A stretch of 64,000 nucleotides of DNA, from positions 224,001-288,000 of the forward strand of contig CAXXYE010000004.1 of the NCBI GenBank assembly GCA_963674865.2. The letters run 5' to 3'. The stretch is from Candidatus Hydrogenedentota bacterium (GTDB lineage: Bacteria; Hydrogenedentota; Hydrogenedentia; Hydrogenedentales; SLHB01). This document shows positions 9,614 to 19,652 of the stretch, in pieces. Position numbers and translations under genes: made by a program. Within the stretch, counting starts at the first letter, position 1. Each line of letters starts with the position of its first letter. The notes under the pieces are model-generated. The model was not told the origin of the DNA. It saw only the letters and a list, made by a program, of their open reading frames with translations, and ran no database searches.

Positions 9614-10246
9614 CTACGAACGCACATGCACATTGATCTCATCCTTGTTTGTGTGCACATAGTCACAAGATACAATATCAAGTTCGGCTAGAACTCCATT
9701 GCGCCACTCGTCAACGGTCCATAGATTACGACGAATGGTGTCACTTGCAAAGAACTCCTCATTGAAGGTCGTCTTCACCGGCACAGCAAAGACAACATCC
9801 GCACACATTCCCAACTGGACCCTGAGGGCATCCCGAATCTCAGTTGGCTCATAGTGCTCAAGCACTCCGTGATGCGTAATCAGGTCCACGTGTTCGACAG
9901 CTTCCGCGAAGGACTGTTCAAGAAAATCTTGGCCTAGAAAAGTAACATTGGAGGCGTTCATAGCTATAAAGTTGGCCCTGCACATCCGGAGAATTCGTGG
10001 ATCCCTATCGCACATGAGGAGATGCACTCGCTGAATATGCTGAAACGCCAGCATTCTCTTACCTGGACCACAACCTGCCTCAAGAATGAACTCCCCATCC
10101 CCGAGCGCCGTCTTGACCAAATCAAAGAAAGCTCTGTCTCTAGCCCATATGGCGGCTGATTCCTCTGGCGACATCACCGGAGAAGCACTGAAGAAAGAGA
10201 ACCAATCGTTCACATCCATAGTGATCTCAATACAGCCTCCGTACAT
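9614..10246 (-). CDS. Class I SAM-dependent methyltransferase
   Basis: ILEAGCGPG and HHGVLEHY. The ATG directly abuts the upstream stop (TAGATG). Confidence 0.85.
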   Translation of the reverse strand: MYGGCIEITMDVNDWFSFFSASPVMSPEESAAIWARDRAFFDLVKTALGDGEFILEAGCGPGKRMLAFQHIQRVHLLMCDRDPRILRMCRANFIAMNASNVTFLGQDFLEQSFAEAVEHVDLITHHGVLEHYEPTEIRDALRVQLGMCADVVFAVPVKTTFNEEFFASDTIRRNLWTVDEWRNGVLAELDIVSCDYVHTNKDEINVHVRS

Positions 10247-11692
10247 CTAGGCTCTCCCGTCGCGGGACATGGCAAACTGGCTTACCCCAAACCCGGACGA
10301 AAACAAGAGATACGTCAAACCGATCGCAAGATCAAGTTGGTTGTCCGCTTTGTCAACAAACTTCCGGGCCAAGCGCATAACGTCCTTGTGTTCTGCATAA
10401 CTGTTCTCCAAATTGTACAGCAATCCTCCGTCCTTTCCCAAGTCATCGAGCGAGCTCCGACGCGTTTCGTCATCGCTGGAATCGGCAAACCACTCAGCCA
10501 GAGCGTGACGGGATTTGTCAGCACGGTCACTGGGCTGCTTCAACTCGAACCCGCGAATCGTATCTGCCGCTGCCTTGCGAATCTTGATAACGGCATCAAC
10601 TCGGCTGACCTCTTGTATCTCAGAGCTTGCCAGGAACTGCGTGACAACGCGAGAAAACTCTACTGGCGACATTATCAGGGAGCGCGTTCGCCCCAAGATG
10701 TAGTCCCATTTTAGCAGGTCAAATTCGTTTTTCCGAAGGGAGGCCTTTTGCCCCTGCTTAGAGCTATACGGACATGTCTGGAACTCCTCGAAGAAGCTGT
10801 GAGGGGCTAGAAAAAGCGGGTCGTGCCATTCTCTTGGCAACCCTATGCACCTGCCGGTGAACTGCGAGATCGGTGTTGCAGGATTTAGGGTGTCGGCAAG
10901 CACAATGTAGGCACGACTGCTCGCGCAGCCGTCTCTAGTGCTCGAGAAGAAACTCATTCGTAGCGGACTGGAGTTCGTTGCCCAGACCTGCAGCGAGCGC
11001 TTGATTGGGATTCCAATTCTCGACTTTATGCAGTCCAATGTCCTACCAATCTGGTCAGCGAACTGACCAAACTCGTATATACCGTCTTCGCGGGCGACAG
11101 TAGATAGCATGACGGCAAGCCAATGATAGAAATGTATATCTGGGGTGGAAAAGATTATCTCGATGCTGTGGTCTAGATCGTCTATGACGGTACTGAGTCC
11201 GGGGAAATCCTCAGATATCCCCACGGGCGGATAGCCGTAGCTAGGCGTACTCAGGAGTAGTTTACACTTCACTATCTCCTCTTGTCTTTCCCGTGCATCG
11301 CGTACGGGGGTGTAGAGGTGTTCAGTAAGGACTTGTCTGTATTGTGACCTTACGCCTCGCACAAGGAGCTGGGACTCGGTAAGGCCAGTTATAACACTTC
11401 GGGAGTTTCCGAGGGCGGCGCGCGCATACATCTCCGCATTGGCGGAAAGGAAGGCCGCATAGGCGGTTATCGTGAAGCCACCCGAGCCAACGAGAAGTGA
11501 GACCAGCACAAATTCCGTAGCTTGTTGGGGCAGCCGAAGGGCCAGAAGTTTGAACACAATAACACTGGCTGCTCCAGCGTAGAGCAGGAGGAACGTCCCG
11601 AGAGCAACGCGGTTCCAGGGGAGGAGGAAGTGTAAGCCGTTGCGGGACGCGTCTATGGGCGCGGAAGTGGTGGAAGTGTCACGAGCAAACAT
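10247..11692 (-). CDS. Hypothetical protein with two N-terminal TM helices and a large soluble domain
   Basis: 481-aa ORF from MFARD after GAGGAAGAGG. It overlaps the permease stop and has two hydrophobic helices. Confidence 0.75.
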   Translation of the reverse strand: MFARDTSTTSAPIDASRNGLHFLLPWNRVALGTFLLLYAGAASVIVFKLLALRLPQQATEFVLVSLLVGSGGFTITAYAAFLSANAEMYARAALGNSRSVITGLTESQLLVRGVRSQYRQVLTEHLYTPVRDARERQEEIVKCKLLLSTPSYGYPPVGISEDFPGLSTVIDDLDHSIEIIFSTPDIHFYHWLAVMLSTVAREDGIYEFGQFADQIGRTLDCIKSRIGIPIKRSLQVWATNSSPLRMSFFSSTRDGCASSRAYIVLADTLNPATPISQFTGRCIGLPREWHDPLFLAPHSFFEEFQTCPYSSKQGQKASLRKNEFDLLKWDYILGRTRSLIMSPVEFSRVVTQFLASSEIQEVSRVDAVIKIRKAAADTIRGFELKQPSDRADKSRHALAEWFADSSDDETRRSSLDDLGKDGGLLYNLENSYAEHKDVMRLARKFVDKADNQLDLAIGLTYLLFSSGFGVSQFAMSRDGRA

Positions 11693-12494
11693 CCTCTTCC
11701 TCCTCAGCATGTTTGGCGACAAGAGCGACGCAGGAAAACAGTGCGAAGCTAGCAATGGTTAAGACTAGGCTTGCAGCCATAAGTTCACCCCACCTGTAGA
11801 CGTCGCCAACACGCAGAGTCATTAGCCCAGTAGTAACAGTATGAAAGTCATTGCTGTGGCGAAGTAGACAAATGATAGAGTAGTCACACCAGGCCAACCA
11901 GAGCCCCGTGAGAATGCAGGCAGCCAAGGGCCAGCGAAGCTGCGGAAGTAGCACATAGATTAGAATCTGGCAATCGTGGGCGCCTTCAAGAGAAGCAGCT
12001 TCTAGCTGCTGAACTGGGACTCGAAGTACAGCATATTCGAGAAACCAAATGTGTATCGGCATCTGTAGGCAGGCATAGACAAGTAGTATCTGTACAAGAA
12101 GAACTGGAATAGGATTCGTGAGCGTGATCATTACGCCAATGGCGAGGAATATGGGCAAGAGCACGTACGAGAACAAGGATGTGACGCGGATGTGAAATGC
12201 AAGGGAACGTGAGGCGCTACGTGCAGTGAAGTAGGCAGCGGGCAGTGCCGCTACAATTGAGAGCGCGCCAGAGGCAAGGCCAAGTCCTAGAGAATTACGC
12301 ATCCACAACAGAATGTTGCCTTCGCAGACGACGTTGCGGAGGTGAGCCAGCGTCGGAGGAGTTGATACGAACACTGTTGCGCCCGCATAGAGTTTGGCAG
12401 TTGGGACAAGCGCTGAGTTGGCCGCCACCAATAGAGGAATGAAAGGGACAGAGGAGAGGATTACGCAGACCACATGCGTTGCTAGTCTCTGCAC
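11679..12494 (-). CDS. Carbohydrate ABC transporter permease (MalG-like)
   Basis: EAA loop QLEAASLEGA and about 6 TM segments. The start was taken at a GTG after AGGAG and is uncertain. Confidence 0.85.
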   Translation of the reverse strand: MQRLATHVVCVILSSVPFIPLLVAANSALVPTAKLYAGATVFVSTPPTLAHLRNVVCEGNILLWMRNSLGLGLASGALSIVAALPAAYFTARSASRSLAFHIRVTSLFSYVLLPIFLAIGVMITLTNPIPVLLVQILLVYACLQMPIHIWFLEYAVLRVPVQQLEAASLEGAHDCQILIYVLLPQLRWPLAACILTGLWLAWCDYSIICLLRHSNDFHTVTTGLMTLRVGDVYRWGELMAASLVLTIASFALFSCVALVAKHAEEEEDVCS

Positions 12495-12499
12495 TACTC

Positions 12500-13429
12500 C
12501 TATCGCTCCCACTGAGAACTCCACCGAGAGAATATCCCAGCTACCATGAAGATGACGAAGAGGGCAAAGGGCACGACCGTGAAACCGATGGCCAAAGCTA
12601 AGGGCATTCGGTTTGAAACTATCCCGATCTCGTAGGCCTTCATAAGTGCGTTCATGAATATGCCACCTGGCCCACCACATCCTAAGATATATATTATGTC
12701 AAATTCAGCCAAGTCCAGAAGGAACGAGAGGAGCCAAGCAACGCTGATCGCGGGAAGTAGATAAGGAAGAAGAATATGCCGCCATGCCATAATTGGCGAT
12801 GCGCCGTCCAAACAAGCTGCCTCATAGAGCTGCGCTGGAAAGCGCCGCAGTGAGAAGAAGATCAACACTAGGAAGAGGGGATATCCCCGCCAAACCATGG
12901 CTGAACCAATTGCGCAGAATCCCGTACTCGCGTGGCTTAACCAGCCGACGGGCTGTTGAATGACTCCGCTCTCCAATAGCAGCGCGTTTGCGACCCCTGT
13001 CAGGTCGTCAAAGATGCCCAACCACAGCAAGCCGACCACCGAGGGTGGAGCCGACAAGGGGAGCAGGAGGAGATAGTGCCAATACTTCTTTCCGGCCACT
13101 TCTGCGCCGATAAGGACGGTAATGGTAATGGTAAGTATGCTTTTGGCCGTCGTCGTACATAGAGCGAGCAACACGCCAGTAACCAACGCGCGGAGAATGT
13201 CCCTTGTGGAAAAGACGGCAACGTAGTTCTTGATGAATTGGAATGACGACTGGTTACTTCCAGTAGTCCTGCTCGTAAGACTGATAATGAACATGTGGAC
13301 CGTCGGAACCACCAGGGTTACCAGAAACAGCAACACAAAAGGGACTAGCAAGTAATAGGTGGACTTCAGTATACCTGAAGGCGATGGCCTACGGCGCAAT
13401 TGCATGCTGGGCGTATATCTCCTCGACAT
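12500..13429 (-). CDS. Carbohydrate ABC transporter permease (MalF/UgpA-like)
   Basis: LYEAACLDGA...WRHILLP and FDIIYIL..GGP motifs. Confidence 0.88.
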   Translation of the reverse strand: MSRRYTPSMQLRRRPSPSGILKSTYYLLVPFVLLFLVTLVVPTVHMFIISLTSRTTGSNQSSFQFIKNYVAVFSTRDILRALVTGVLLALCTTTAKSILTITITVLIGAEVAGKKYWHYLLLLPLSAPPSVVGLLWLGIFDDLTGVANALLLESGVIQQPVGWLSHASTGFCAIGSAMVWRGYPLFLVLIFFSLRRFPAQLYEAACLDGASPIMAWRHILLPYLLPAISVAWLLSFLLDLAEFDIIYILGCGGPGGIFMNALMKAYEIGIVSNRMPLALAIGFTVVPFALFVIFMVAGIFSRWSSQWER

Positions 13430-14705
13430 CCGCTCGAGCCTTGGCCAATGCCTGCTTCAGGGTGAGAGCGTTGTTAACAACATCGTTAAGGACATTTGCC
13501 AGTATTCTCCTCTGGAATACCTCGGCCGCCGCCGCCGTGACCGGTCCAGGCCAGCCTACGTGTCTCTCGATCTCAAGGGAATGAAGGCAGGATTGAAGTC
13601 GGGGATCTTGGAAAGGTTCCAGGTCCTCACATCCGCGAAGCCATGGATTGACAGCTCCACGACCAGCTGTTATGAGTCGACGGTAATTGCTGGGCTGATA
13701 GAAGAACTTCAGGAAGTTAGCCAGGAGGTCTCTCTTTGACGTGCTGCGCAGTGCCGTGAATGCAAAACCTGTGGCGTAGCTGAAGCGTCCAGCAGGACCC
13801 TCAGGATAGGTCGTGAGCAGGATGGACTTCGCGAACTCCGGCATTTCCTTCTGAGCAGCGAGTAAGATGGTCGGTGAGTTCATTGTGAAGGCTATTCGCT
13901 TTGCAAGGAAATTCCGGTTGTTGGTTATTCCCTGCCATCCAAAAGCGCCTGGAGGAATGAGGCCCTCATTCCATAGGGCCAGGACGTACTCGTATGCACG
14001 TTCGGCCTCTGGCGAGTCGATAACAACGTTCCCGTGGCCGTCCACCACGCTTCCGCCGAATGCCCACAGCGTCGCTTGGAGGAACATTGCGCAATCGTCG
14101 TCACGTCCAAGCCCAATCCCAAATGGGTAGACGCGTGGCGCGTTGGCCGCCAGCTTCTGGGCTATTGTCAAGGCCTCCTGGTAAGTATTGGCCGGTTGCA
14201 GACCCAGTTCGGAAAGCGCCTCCCCGTTGTAAACCCAGAGATGGCTCCAGGAATAGAGAGGAAGGCCATAGTAGCGCTCATCCTTGGTTGTCATGTGGCG
14301 CGCTGTCTCGTAGTATCCCGAGAAAGGGCGGACCGTTTCTGAAGCGATATCGGTGAAATCGAGAAGTTTCTGGCTGTATATAGGGATTTTATGGGCGTAC
14401 GTAACTATGAGGTCTGCACCTGAGCCGCTTTCGATGAACCCGGTGGTCTTAGCGTCTAGGTCTTCGAGAGGAACGACCTCTATTAGGACCTCCACATTAT
14501 TCTGGTTTCCCCACTCCCGGGCAATCGCCTCGAATTCATTCATGAGGCCTTCGGACCAAATCTCAGCATTCATAATTCGGAGTTGAGAGGGTCTGTTTTG
14601 GGAAGGTGAAGGGATCAGCACAGCAACTACTACCAGAAAAAGAAGTCCGGCCGACGCAAGAGCCCACTTCCAGAAGTTGGAATGTCTTTCTTTCTTGATG
14701 GCCAT
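13389..14705 (-). CDS. ABC transporter extracellular solute-binding protein (family 1)
   Basis: N-terminal anchor/signal, YYGLP...LWVYN, LWAFGG and YPEGPAG. Adjacent to the two permeases. Confidence 0.85.
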   Translation of the reverse strand: MAIKKERHSNFWKWALASAGLLFLVVVAVLIPSPSQNRPSQLRIMNAEIWSEGLMNEFEAIAREWGNQNNVEVLIEVVPLEDLDAKTTGFIESGSGADLIVTYAHKIPIYSQKLLDFTDIASETVRPFSGYYETARHMTTKDERYYGLPLYSWSHLWVYNGEALSELGLQPANTYQEALTIAQKLAANAPRVYPFGIGLGRDDDCAMFLQATLWAFGGSVVDGHGNVVIDSPEAERAYEYVLALWNEGLIPPGAFGWQGITNNRNFLAKRIAFTMNSPTILLAAQKEMPEFAKSILLTTYPEGPAGRFSYATGFAFTALRSTSKRDLLANFLKFFYQPSNYRRLITAGRGAVNPWLRGCEDLEPFQDPRLQSCLHSLEIERHVGWPGPVTAAAAEVFQRRILANVLNDVVNNALTLKQALAKARADVEEIYAQHAIAP

Positions 14706-14802
14706 AAGGAAATTCTCCCATTACAGCTATAGTAGTAATCACCCCATACTCAGATAATCAATGGCGCCGAGGGAAAACTCAACCTTATCCCCCCTTCCGA
14801 TT

Positions 14803-14831
14803 TGTATATCATACATGTAGAAACTTGTCAA
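14803..14831 (-). promoter_or_regulatory. Putative sigma70 promoter of the low-GC cassette
   Basis: Minus strand TTGACA-N17-TATACA, about 100 bp upstream of the solute-binding protein start. Confidence 0.45.
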
Positions 14832-14836
14832 GCATA

Positions 14837-14862
14837 GCACCAATCAGTGCACCAATCAGTGC
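14837..14862. repeat. 12-bp tandem duplication
   Basis: GCACCAATCAGT twice (14837-14848 and 14849-14860) followed by GC. Confidence 0.8.
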
Positions 14863-15228
14863 CATTGCACTAGGATAATTTCGGCCATGTTCGGCGGCGA
14901 AGATTCACGTGAAGCCCTTCGCCCCGCAGTATGCCAGTGGGAGCACGCGGCAACGGGTTCAGCGTGACATATGCCGCAGCCCGGCCGATAGCGTATTGGA
15001 AAGCGGCCATGACCACAGGCACCCTCAACACGATACACGAAGACCAGGAGGTAGCCCATCCAGAGTAGCCAGTTGGATTGTGGCTCAGTAATCGCGGTCG
15101 TGCTTCGGCCTGCGCGGCCGGATATGCGGGCGTTGAGTGAGAGATGCCCCGTGCCGAGATGCATTCCTCCCCGCATTTTTGATACATTCTGGCCTTACAC
15201 CAAATCACCGAGACTATGGAGACGCACC

Positions 15229-17868
15229 TTGAAGAGTGATGATATTCGCGCCAGTTATCTGGACTTCTTCCGGCAACGCGACCACGTTCTGGAACGTAGT
15301 GACACGCTAGTGCCGAGCAATGACCCCTCGCTGCTGTTTACGAGCGCGGGCATGGTGCAGTTCAAGCCATACTACACGGGCGAGGTGCCCGTGCCGTACC
15401 GCCGCGCCACCACCGCGCAGAAATGCCTCCGCGCCGGCGGCAAAGCCAATGACCTCGACGAGGTCGGCAAGACCTCCCGCCACCTCACTTTCTTCGAGAT
15501 GATGGGGAACTTCTCCTTCGGAGACTATTTCAAGCGTGAGACCATTGCGTGGGCCTGGGAATACTCGACTCAAGTGATCAAGCTGGACCCCGACAAGATA
15601 TGGATCTCCGTGTTCCAAGATGATGACGAGGCATTCGACATCTGGGAGAAGGAGATCGGTATCCCGGCAGCGCGGATCGTGCGGCTCGGCGTGAAGGATA
15701 ATTTCTGGGGCCCCGCCGGCGATACCGGCGCGTGCGGCCCCTGCTCGGAGTTGCACATCGACCGGGGCGAGGCCGTGGGCTGCGGCCGGCCCGAGTGCGC
15801 GCCCGGTTGCGAGGAATGCGAGCGCTTTCTCGAGTACTGGAACCTCGTCTTCCCGCAGTTTGACCAGCAGCTCGACGGCTCCCGTCCGCCGCTGAAGAAT
15901 CGCGGCGTAGACACAGGCCTGGGACTCGAACGCCTCGCGGCCATGCTCCAAGGCAAGGAAACGGTCTTCGATACGGACGGCATTTTTCCCATCATCGAGG
16001 CCACCCAATCGCTCACGAATGTCGGCTACTCCGCGAATCCAACGCCCTATCGCGTGATAGCCGACCACGCCCGCGCGCTTTCCTTCATGATCGCCGACGG
16101 TATTCTCCCGTCGAATGAGGGCCGCGGCTACGTCGAGCGCCGCCTGCTGCGCCGCGCCGCGCGGTTCGGCCGGGAACTGGGCCTGGAAAAGCCCTTCCTG
16201 CACGAGGTGGCGCCTGTTGTCGCCGAACTCATGGGCCACCAGTATCCTGAACTCCTCGAGAAAGCCAAGCAGATCGGCAAAGTCATTCTCACCGAGGAGG
16301 AGCGCTTCGCAAGCACCTTGGCCAGAGGCATGGACTTGCTCGAGGAAATGTTCGCCAAACTCGACAAAGCCGGCGAAAAGACGGTTCCCGGCGTCGAGCT
16401 TTTCCGCCTCCACGACACCTTCGGATTCCCCCTCGACCTCGCCACCGATATCGCCACCGACAGAGGCTACGAGGTCGATCGGGAAGGCTTTGACGCCGCC
16501 ATGGCCAAGCAGCGCGAGGCCGCCCGCAGCGCATGGGCCGGGAGCGGGGAGGAGGCCATTGCGCCCGTCTATCCGGCCGTTCGCGATGCCGTGGGCGACA
16601 CCGAGTTCGTGGGATACGAAACGACGGAAACCGAAGCCACCGTTCGGGCCATTATCAAGAACGGCAGTCAGGTTGACAGGCTTGAAGATGGCCAAGAGGG
16701 CGAAGTGGTCCTTGACAAGACTTCTTTCTACGCTGAATCCGGGGGCCAGGTGGCCGACACGGGAGTTCTGGAGGCGCGAAATGGCGCGGCGCAGATAACG
16801 GGCGTTACGGCGCCCGTGGGCAAGATGACGCTCCACAAGGTTCGCGTCGCCAAAGGCGCCCTGGCTGTCGGCGATACGGTAACGGCCACGGTGACCGCGG
16901 GCGACCGCGCCGCTACGGCAGGCCATCACACCGCCACCCACCTGCTCCAGGCGGCGTTGCGCGATGTGCTCGGCGACCACGTCCACCAGGCCGGTTCGCT
17001 CGTGTCGCCGGAGCGGCTACGCTTCGACTTCACCCATTTCGAAGGCATCGACCCTGCGCGCTTGCAGGATATCGAGCGCAAAGTAAACCAGTTCATCCGA
17101 ACCGATAGCCCCGTCGTCACCGATGACACCTCGCTTGCCGAAGCCCGCAACGCCGGCGCTATGGCCCTCTTCGGAGAGAAGTACGAAGACACCGTGCGCG
17201 TCGTGAAGGTAGGGGACATCAGCATGGAACTCTGCGGCGGTACGCATGTCGGGCGAACGGGCGTCATCGGATACTTCAAGATTCTCAGCGAGGCATCCGT
17301 CGCGGCCGGCATTCGCCGTATCGAGGCCGTCTGCGGAGATCGCAGCGTCGAGACGGTGCAGGCGCGTGAGCGCCAACTCGTCGGCACGGCCCAACTGCTC
17401 AACGCTCCCGTCGAAAAACTCCAGGAGCGTGTCCAGGCGCTTCTCGATGAGAACAAGCGCTTGGGCCGAGAGGTTACCCGCTGGAAGCAGGCGGCGGCCA
17501 CCGGCGGCTCGGTGGACTATATGAGCCGCGTGCAGGAGGTGAACGGCGTGAAGCTGCTTGCCACCGACGTGCCGGGCCAGGATGCCGCCGGCCTCCGGAT
17601 GGTTCTGGACAACCTCCGCGAGAAACTAGATTCCGGCGTGATGATCTTGGGCAGCGCGGCCGAAGACAAGGTGTTCTTGTGTGTCGGCGTCTCCAAGGAC
17701 CTCACTGGCCGCGTCAAAGCCGGCGAAATCGTCAAGCGTCTCGCACCGATTGTGGGCGGCGGCGGCGGCGGCCGTCCCGATATGGCTCAAGCTGGCGGGA
17801 AACTGCCCGGCAAGTTGCCTGAAGCCGTCGAGAAGGCCCCGGGAATCGTGGCCGAGCTTCTAGGTTGA
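15229..17868 (+). CDS. alaS: Alanine--tRNA ligase
   Basis: LLFTSAGMVQFK, HLTFFEMMGNFSFGDYFK, editing motifs HTATH and ELCGGTH, and C-terminal GGGGGRPDMAQAGG. TTG start after GGAG. Confidence 0.98.
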   Translation: MKSDDIRASYLDFFRQRDHVLERSDTLVPSNDPSLLFTSAGMVQFKPYYTGEVPVPYRRATTAQKCLRAGGKANDLDEVGKTSRHLTFFEMMGNFSFGDYFKRETIAWAWEYSTQVIKLDPDKIWISVFQDDDEAFDIWEKEIGIPAARIVRLGVKDNFWGPAGDTGACGPCSELHIDRGEAVGCGRPECAPGCEECERFLEYWNLVFPQFDQQLDGSRPPLKNRGVDTGLGLERLAAMLQGKETVFDTDGIFPIIEATQSLTNVGYSANPTPYRVIADHARALSFMIADGILPSNEGRGYVERRLLRRAARFGRELGLEKPFLHEVAPVVAELMGHQYPELLEKAKQIGKVILTEEERFASTLARGMDLLEEMFAKLDKAGEKTVPGVELFRLHDTFGFPLDLATDIATDRGYEVDREGFDAAMAKQREAARSAWAGSGEEAIAPVYPAVRDAVGDTEFVGYETTETEATVRAIIKNGSQVDRLEDGQEGEVVLDKTSFYAESGGQVADTGVLEARNGAAQITGVTAPVGKMTLHKVRVAKGALAVGDTVTATVTAGDRAATAGHHTATHLLQAALRDVLGDHVHQAGSLVSPERLRFDFTHFEGIDPARLQDIERKVNQFIRTDSPVVTDDTSLAEARNAGAMALFGEKYEDTVRVVKVGDISMELCGGTHVGRTGVIGYFKILSEASVAAGIRRIEAVCGDRSVETVQARERQLVGTAQLLNAPVEKLQERVQALLDENKRLGREVTRWKQAAATGGSVDYMSRVQEVNGVKLLATDVPGQDAAGLRMVLDNLREKLDSGVMILGSAAEDKVFLCVGVSKDLTGRVKAGEIVKRLAPIVGGGGGGRPDMAQAGGKLPGKLPEAVEKAPGIVAELLG

Positions 17869-18308
17869 ACGCTGTGTCTGTGCTAGGGCGCATACTCGGA
17901 CTCGACGTCGGCGATGTGCGCATCGGAGTGGCCGTCAGCGACCCGCTTGGCATCATTGCCCAGCCGCACTCCGTGGTGACGCGAACGGATCTCGACGCCG
18001 ACCTCTTAGCGCTGCGGCGCCTCGTTGAAGAGACGGAGGCCATACGCATTGTCGCCGGAATGCCTCTCAACCAGCATGGAAAGCCCGGCCCTCAGGCGGA
18101 GAAAGTCCAAGCGTTTCTCGATAAGCTACGGCCTGTGGCCGGTGTGGAGATCGTGACGCAGGACGAGCGTTTTAGTACGGCCTCGGCCGAGCGGGCTTTG
18201 ATTCAAGCCGATGTCAGGCGCAAGCGGCGCAAACAAGTCATCGACAAGGTAGCCGCCCAGCAGATTCTCCAAACGTACCTTGATCGACTCGCCCGGAGCA
18301 GGCCCTGA
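17865..18308 (+). CDS. ruvX: Holliday junction resolvase-like / pre-16S rRNA nuclease RuvX (YqgF)
   Basis: ILGLDVGDVRIGVAVSD, DERFST and IDKVAAQQILQ. Conserved position after alaS. Confidence 0.95.
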   Translation: MNAVSVLGRILGLDVGDVRIGVAVSDPLGIIAQPHSVVTRTDLDADLLALRRLVEETEAIRIVAGMPLNQHGKPGPQAEKVQAFLDKLRPVAGVEIVTQDERFSTASAERALIQADVRRKRRKQVIDKVAAQQILQTYLDRLARSRP

Positions 18309-18310
18309 GC

Positions 18311-19450
18311 ATGACCGACGAACCAGCCGAAGCGGGACGCCCCACATCCGGCCGGAAGCGTTTCTGGCTTCGGCTCCTGTTCAAGCTATTTGCCTCCGTG
18401 GGCGTCCTCATCCTCCTGCTGCTTATCGCGTTTGCCTTTGTGGGCTTCCTCGTATACCAACACGTCACCGAACCCGGCTTCCCGGGCGAGGTGGTTCGCG
18501 TCACCATTCCACAGGGCGTGACGGGGCGCGAGGTGGGGCGTTTGCTGACCGAGCAGGGCCTTCTTGAACACGAGGGATTCCTGCGTATCGCCATGCACTT
18601 CGACGATACCGGCAAACCCATCAAGCACGGCCTCTACGCGCTGCCGCGTGGACTATCGCCGCGCGAGCTTCTTCACGTGCTCCAGCAGGGGCCCAACCGC
18701 GCGCCCGAGGCCGCGGAAATCCCGCCCGAAGGCAAGGTGACTATCCCCGAGGGCCGGACCCTCCATCAGATGGCCCAGACCTTTGACGATCCCGGCGCTT
18801 TCTTGAACGCTGCTTCCGATCCCGCGCTGCTGGAACGGCTGGGAATAGACGCCCCCAATCTTGAGGGCTTCCTCATGCCCGATACCTATTACTTTGACGA
18901 TGAGCCCAGCCCATCGGCGCTCGTGGCGCGAATGGTAGGCGAGTTCGAGGCGGTTTACGCGGATCTTCTCGAAGAGTTCCCCGAAGCAGGTGCGCGAGAC
19001 AAGATGGAAGTTGTCACCATAGCGTCCCTCATCGAAAAAGAGGCCCGCGCCGACGAGGAGCGCCCACTGATAGCCGCCGTAATCGCCAACCGAGTGCGGC
19101 GCGGGATGCCTCTCGAACTCGACGCTACCGTGCAGTACGCCCTGGGCAAGTTCGGCGAGCGCGTGCTCTACGAGGACAAGGAAGTCGATTCCCCCTACAA
19201 CACCTACAAGTACGCCGGCCTCCCGCCCGGCCCTATCGCCAATCCCGGCCGCGCCTGTCTACGCGCCGCCATGAACCCGGCTGACGCCGACTATCTCTAC
19301 TTCGTCTCGAATGCCGACGGAAGAACGCACACCTTCAGCCGCAGTCTATCGGAGCATACGCGCGCCGTGGCACGTTACCGCAGGGCCATTGCCTCGCAGC
19401 GCCGCGAACTAAGACAACAGGAACGTGCCTCTTCGCGCCCCGTCGATTGA
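18311..19450 (+). CDS. mltG: Endolytic transglycosylase MltG
   Basis: N-terminal TM, LEGFLMPDTY, ASLIEKE and SPYNTYKYAGLPPGPIANPG. Confidence 0.95.
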   Translation: MTDEPAEAGRPTSGRKRFWLRLLFKLFASVGVLILLLLIAFAFVGFLVYQHVTEPGFPGEVVRVTIPQGVTGREVGRLLTEQGLLEHEGFLRIAMHFDDTGKPIKHGLYALPRGLSPRELLHVLQQGPNRAPEAAEIPPEGKVTIPEGRTLHQMAQTFDDPGAFLNAASDPALLERLGIDAPNLEGFLMPDTYYFDDEPSPSALVARMVGEFEAVYADLLEEFPEAGARDKMEVVTIASLIEKEARADEERPLIAAVIANRVRRGMPLELDATVQYALGKFGERVLYEDKEVDSPYNTYKYAGLPPGPIANPGRACLRAAMNPADADYLYFVSNADGRTHTFSRSLSEHTRAVARYRRAIASQRRELRQQERASSRPVD

Positions 19451-19652
19451 ACGGCGAGGTGACTGTTGCTGGCGGCCCGTTGTGCTCCGCTCGCCGTACC
19501 TTCAGGGCGACGCCGCCTTTGAGTCTTACCTTGATGGGGCCGTCTCGCAACAGGATGAGGAGGCGGGCTTGGTGCGAATCAGAAGGAAAACGGGCGAAAC
19601 CTCGACCACGCTCCCGCGGCTCGCGGCGCGATAGTTGCCCGCCCCACCAATC

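Noticed and set aside
14870..15228. T-box leader or small gene upstream of alaS
   Set aside because: No T-box consensus or terminator recognised. The short minus-strand ORFs have no convincing RBS or motif, though a gene remnant cannot be excluded.
15307..16986. 559-aa antisense ORF over alaS, and similar long shadow ORFs (5500-6486, 7329-8447, 38776-40086, 43432-44850)
   Set aside because: They lie opposite well-supported genes and have no motifs. Long antisense ORFs are expected from high-GC codon bias.
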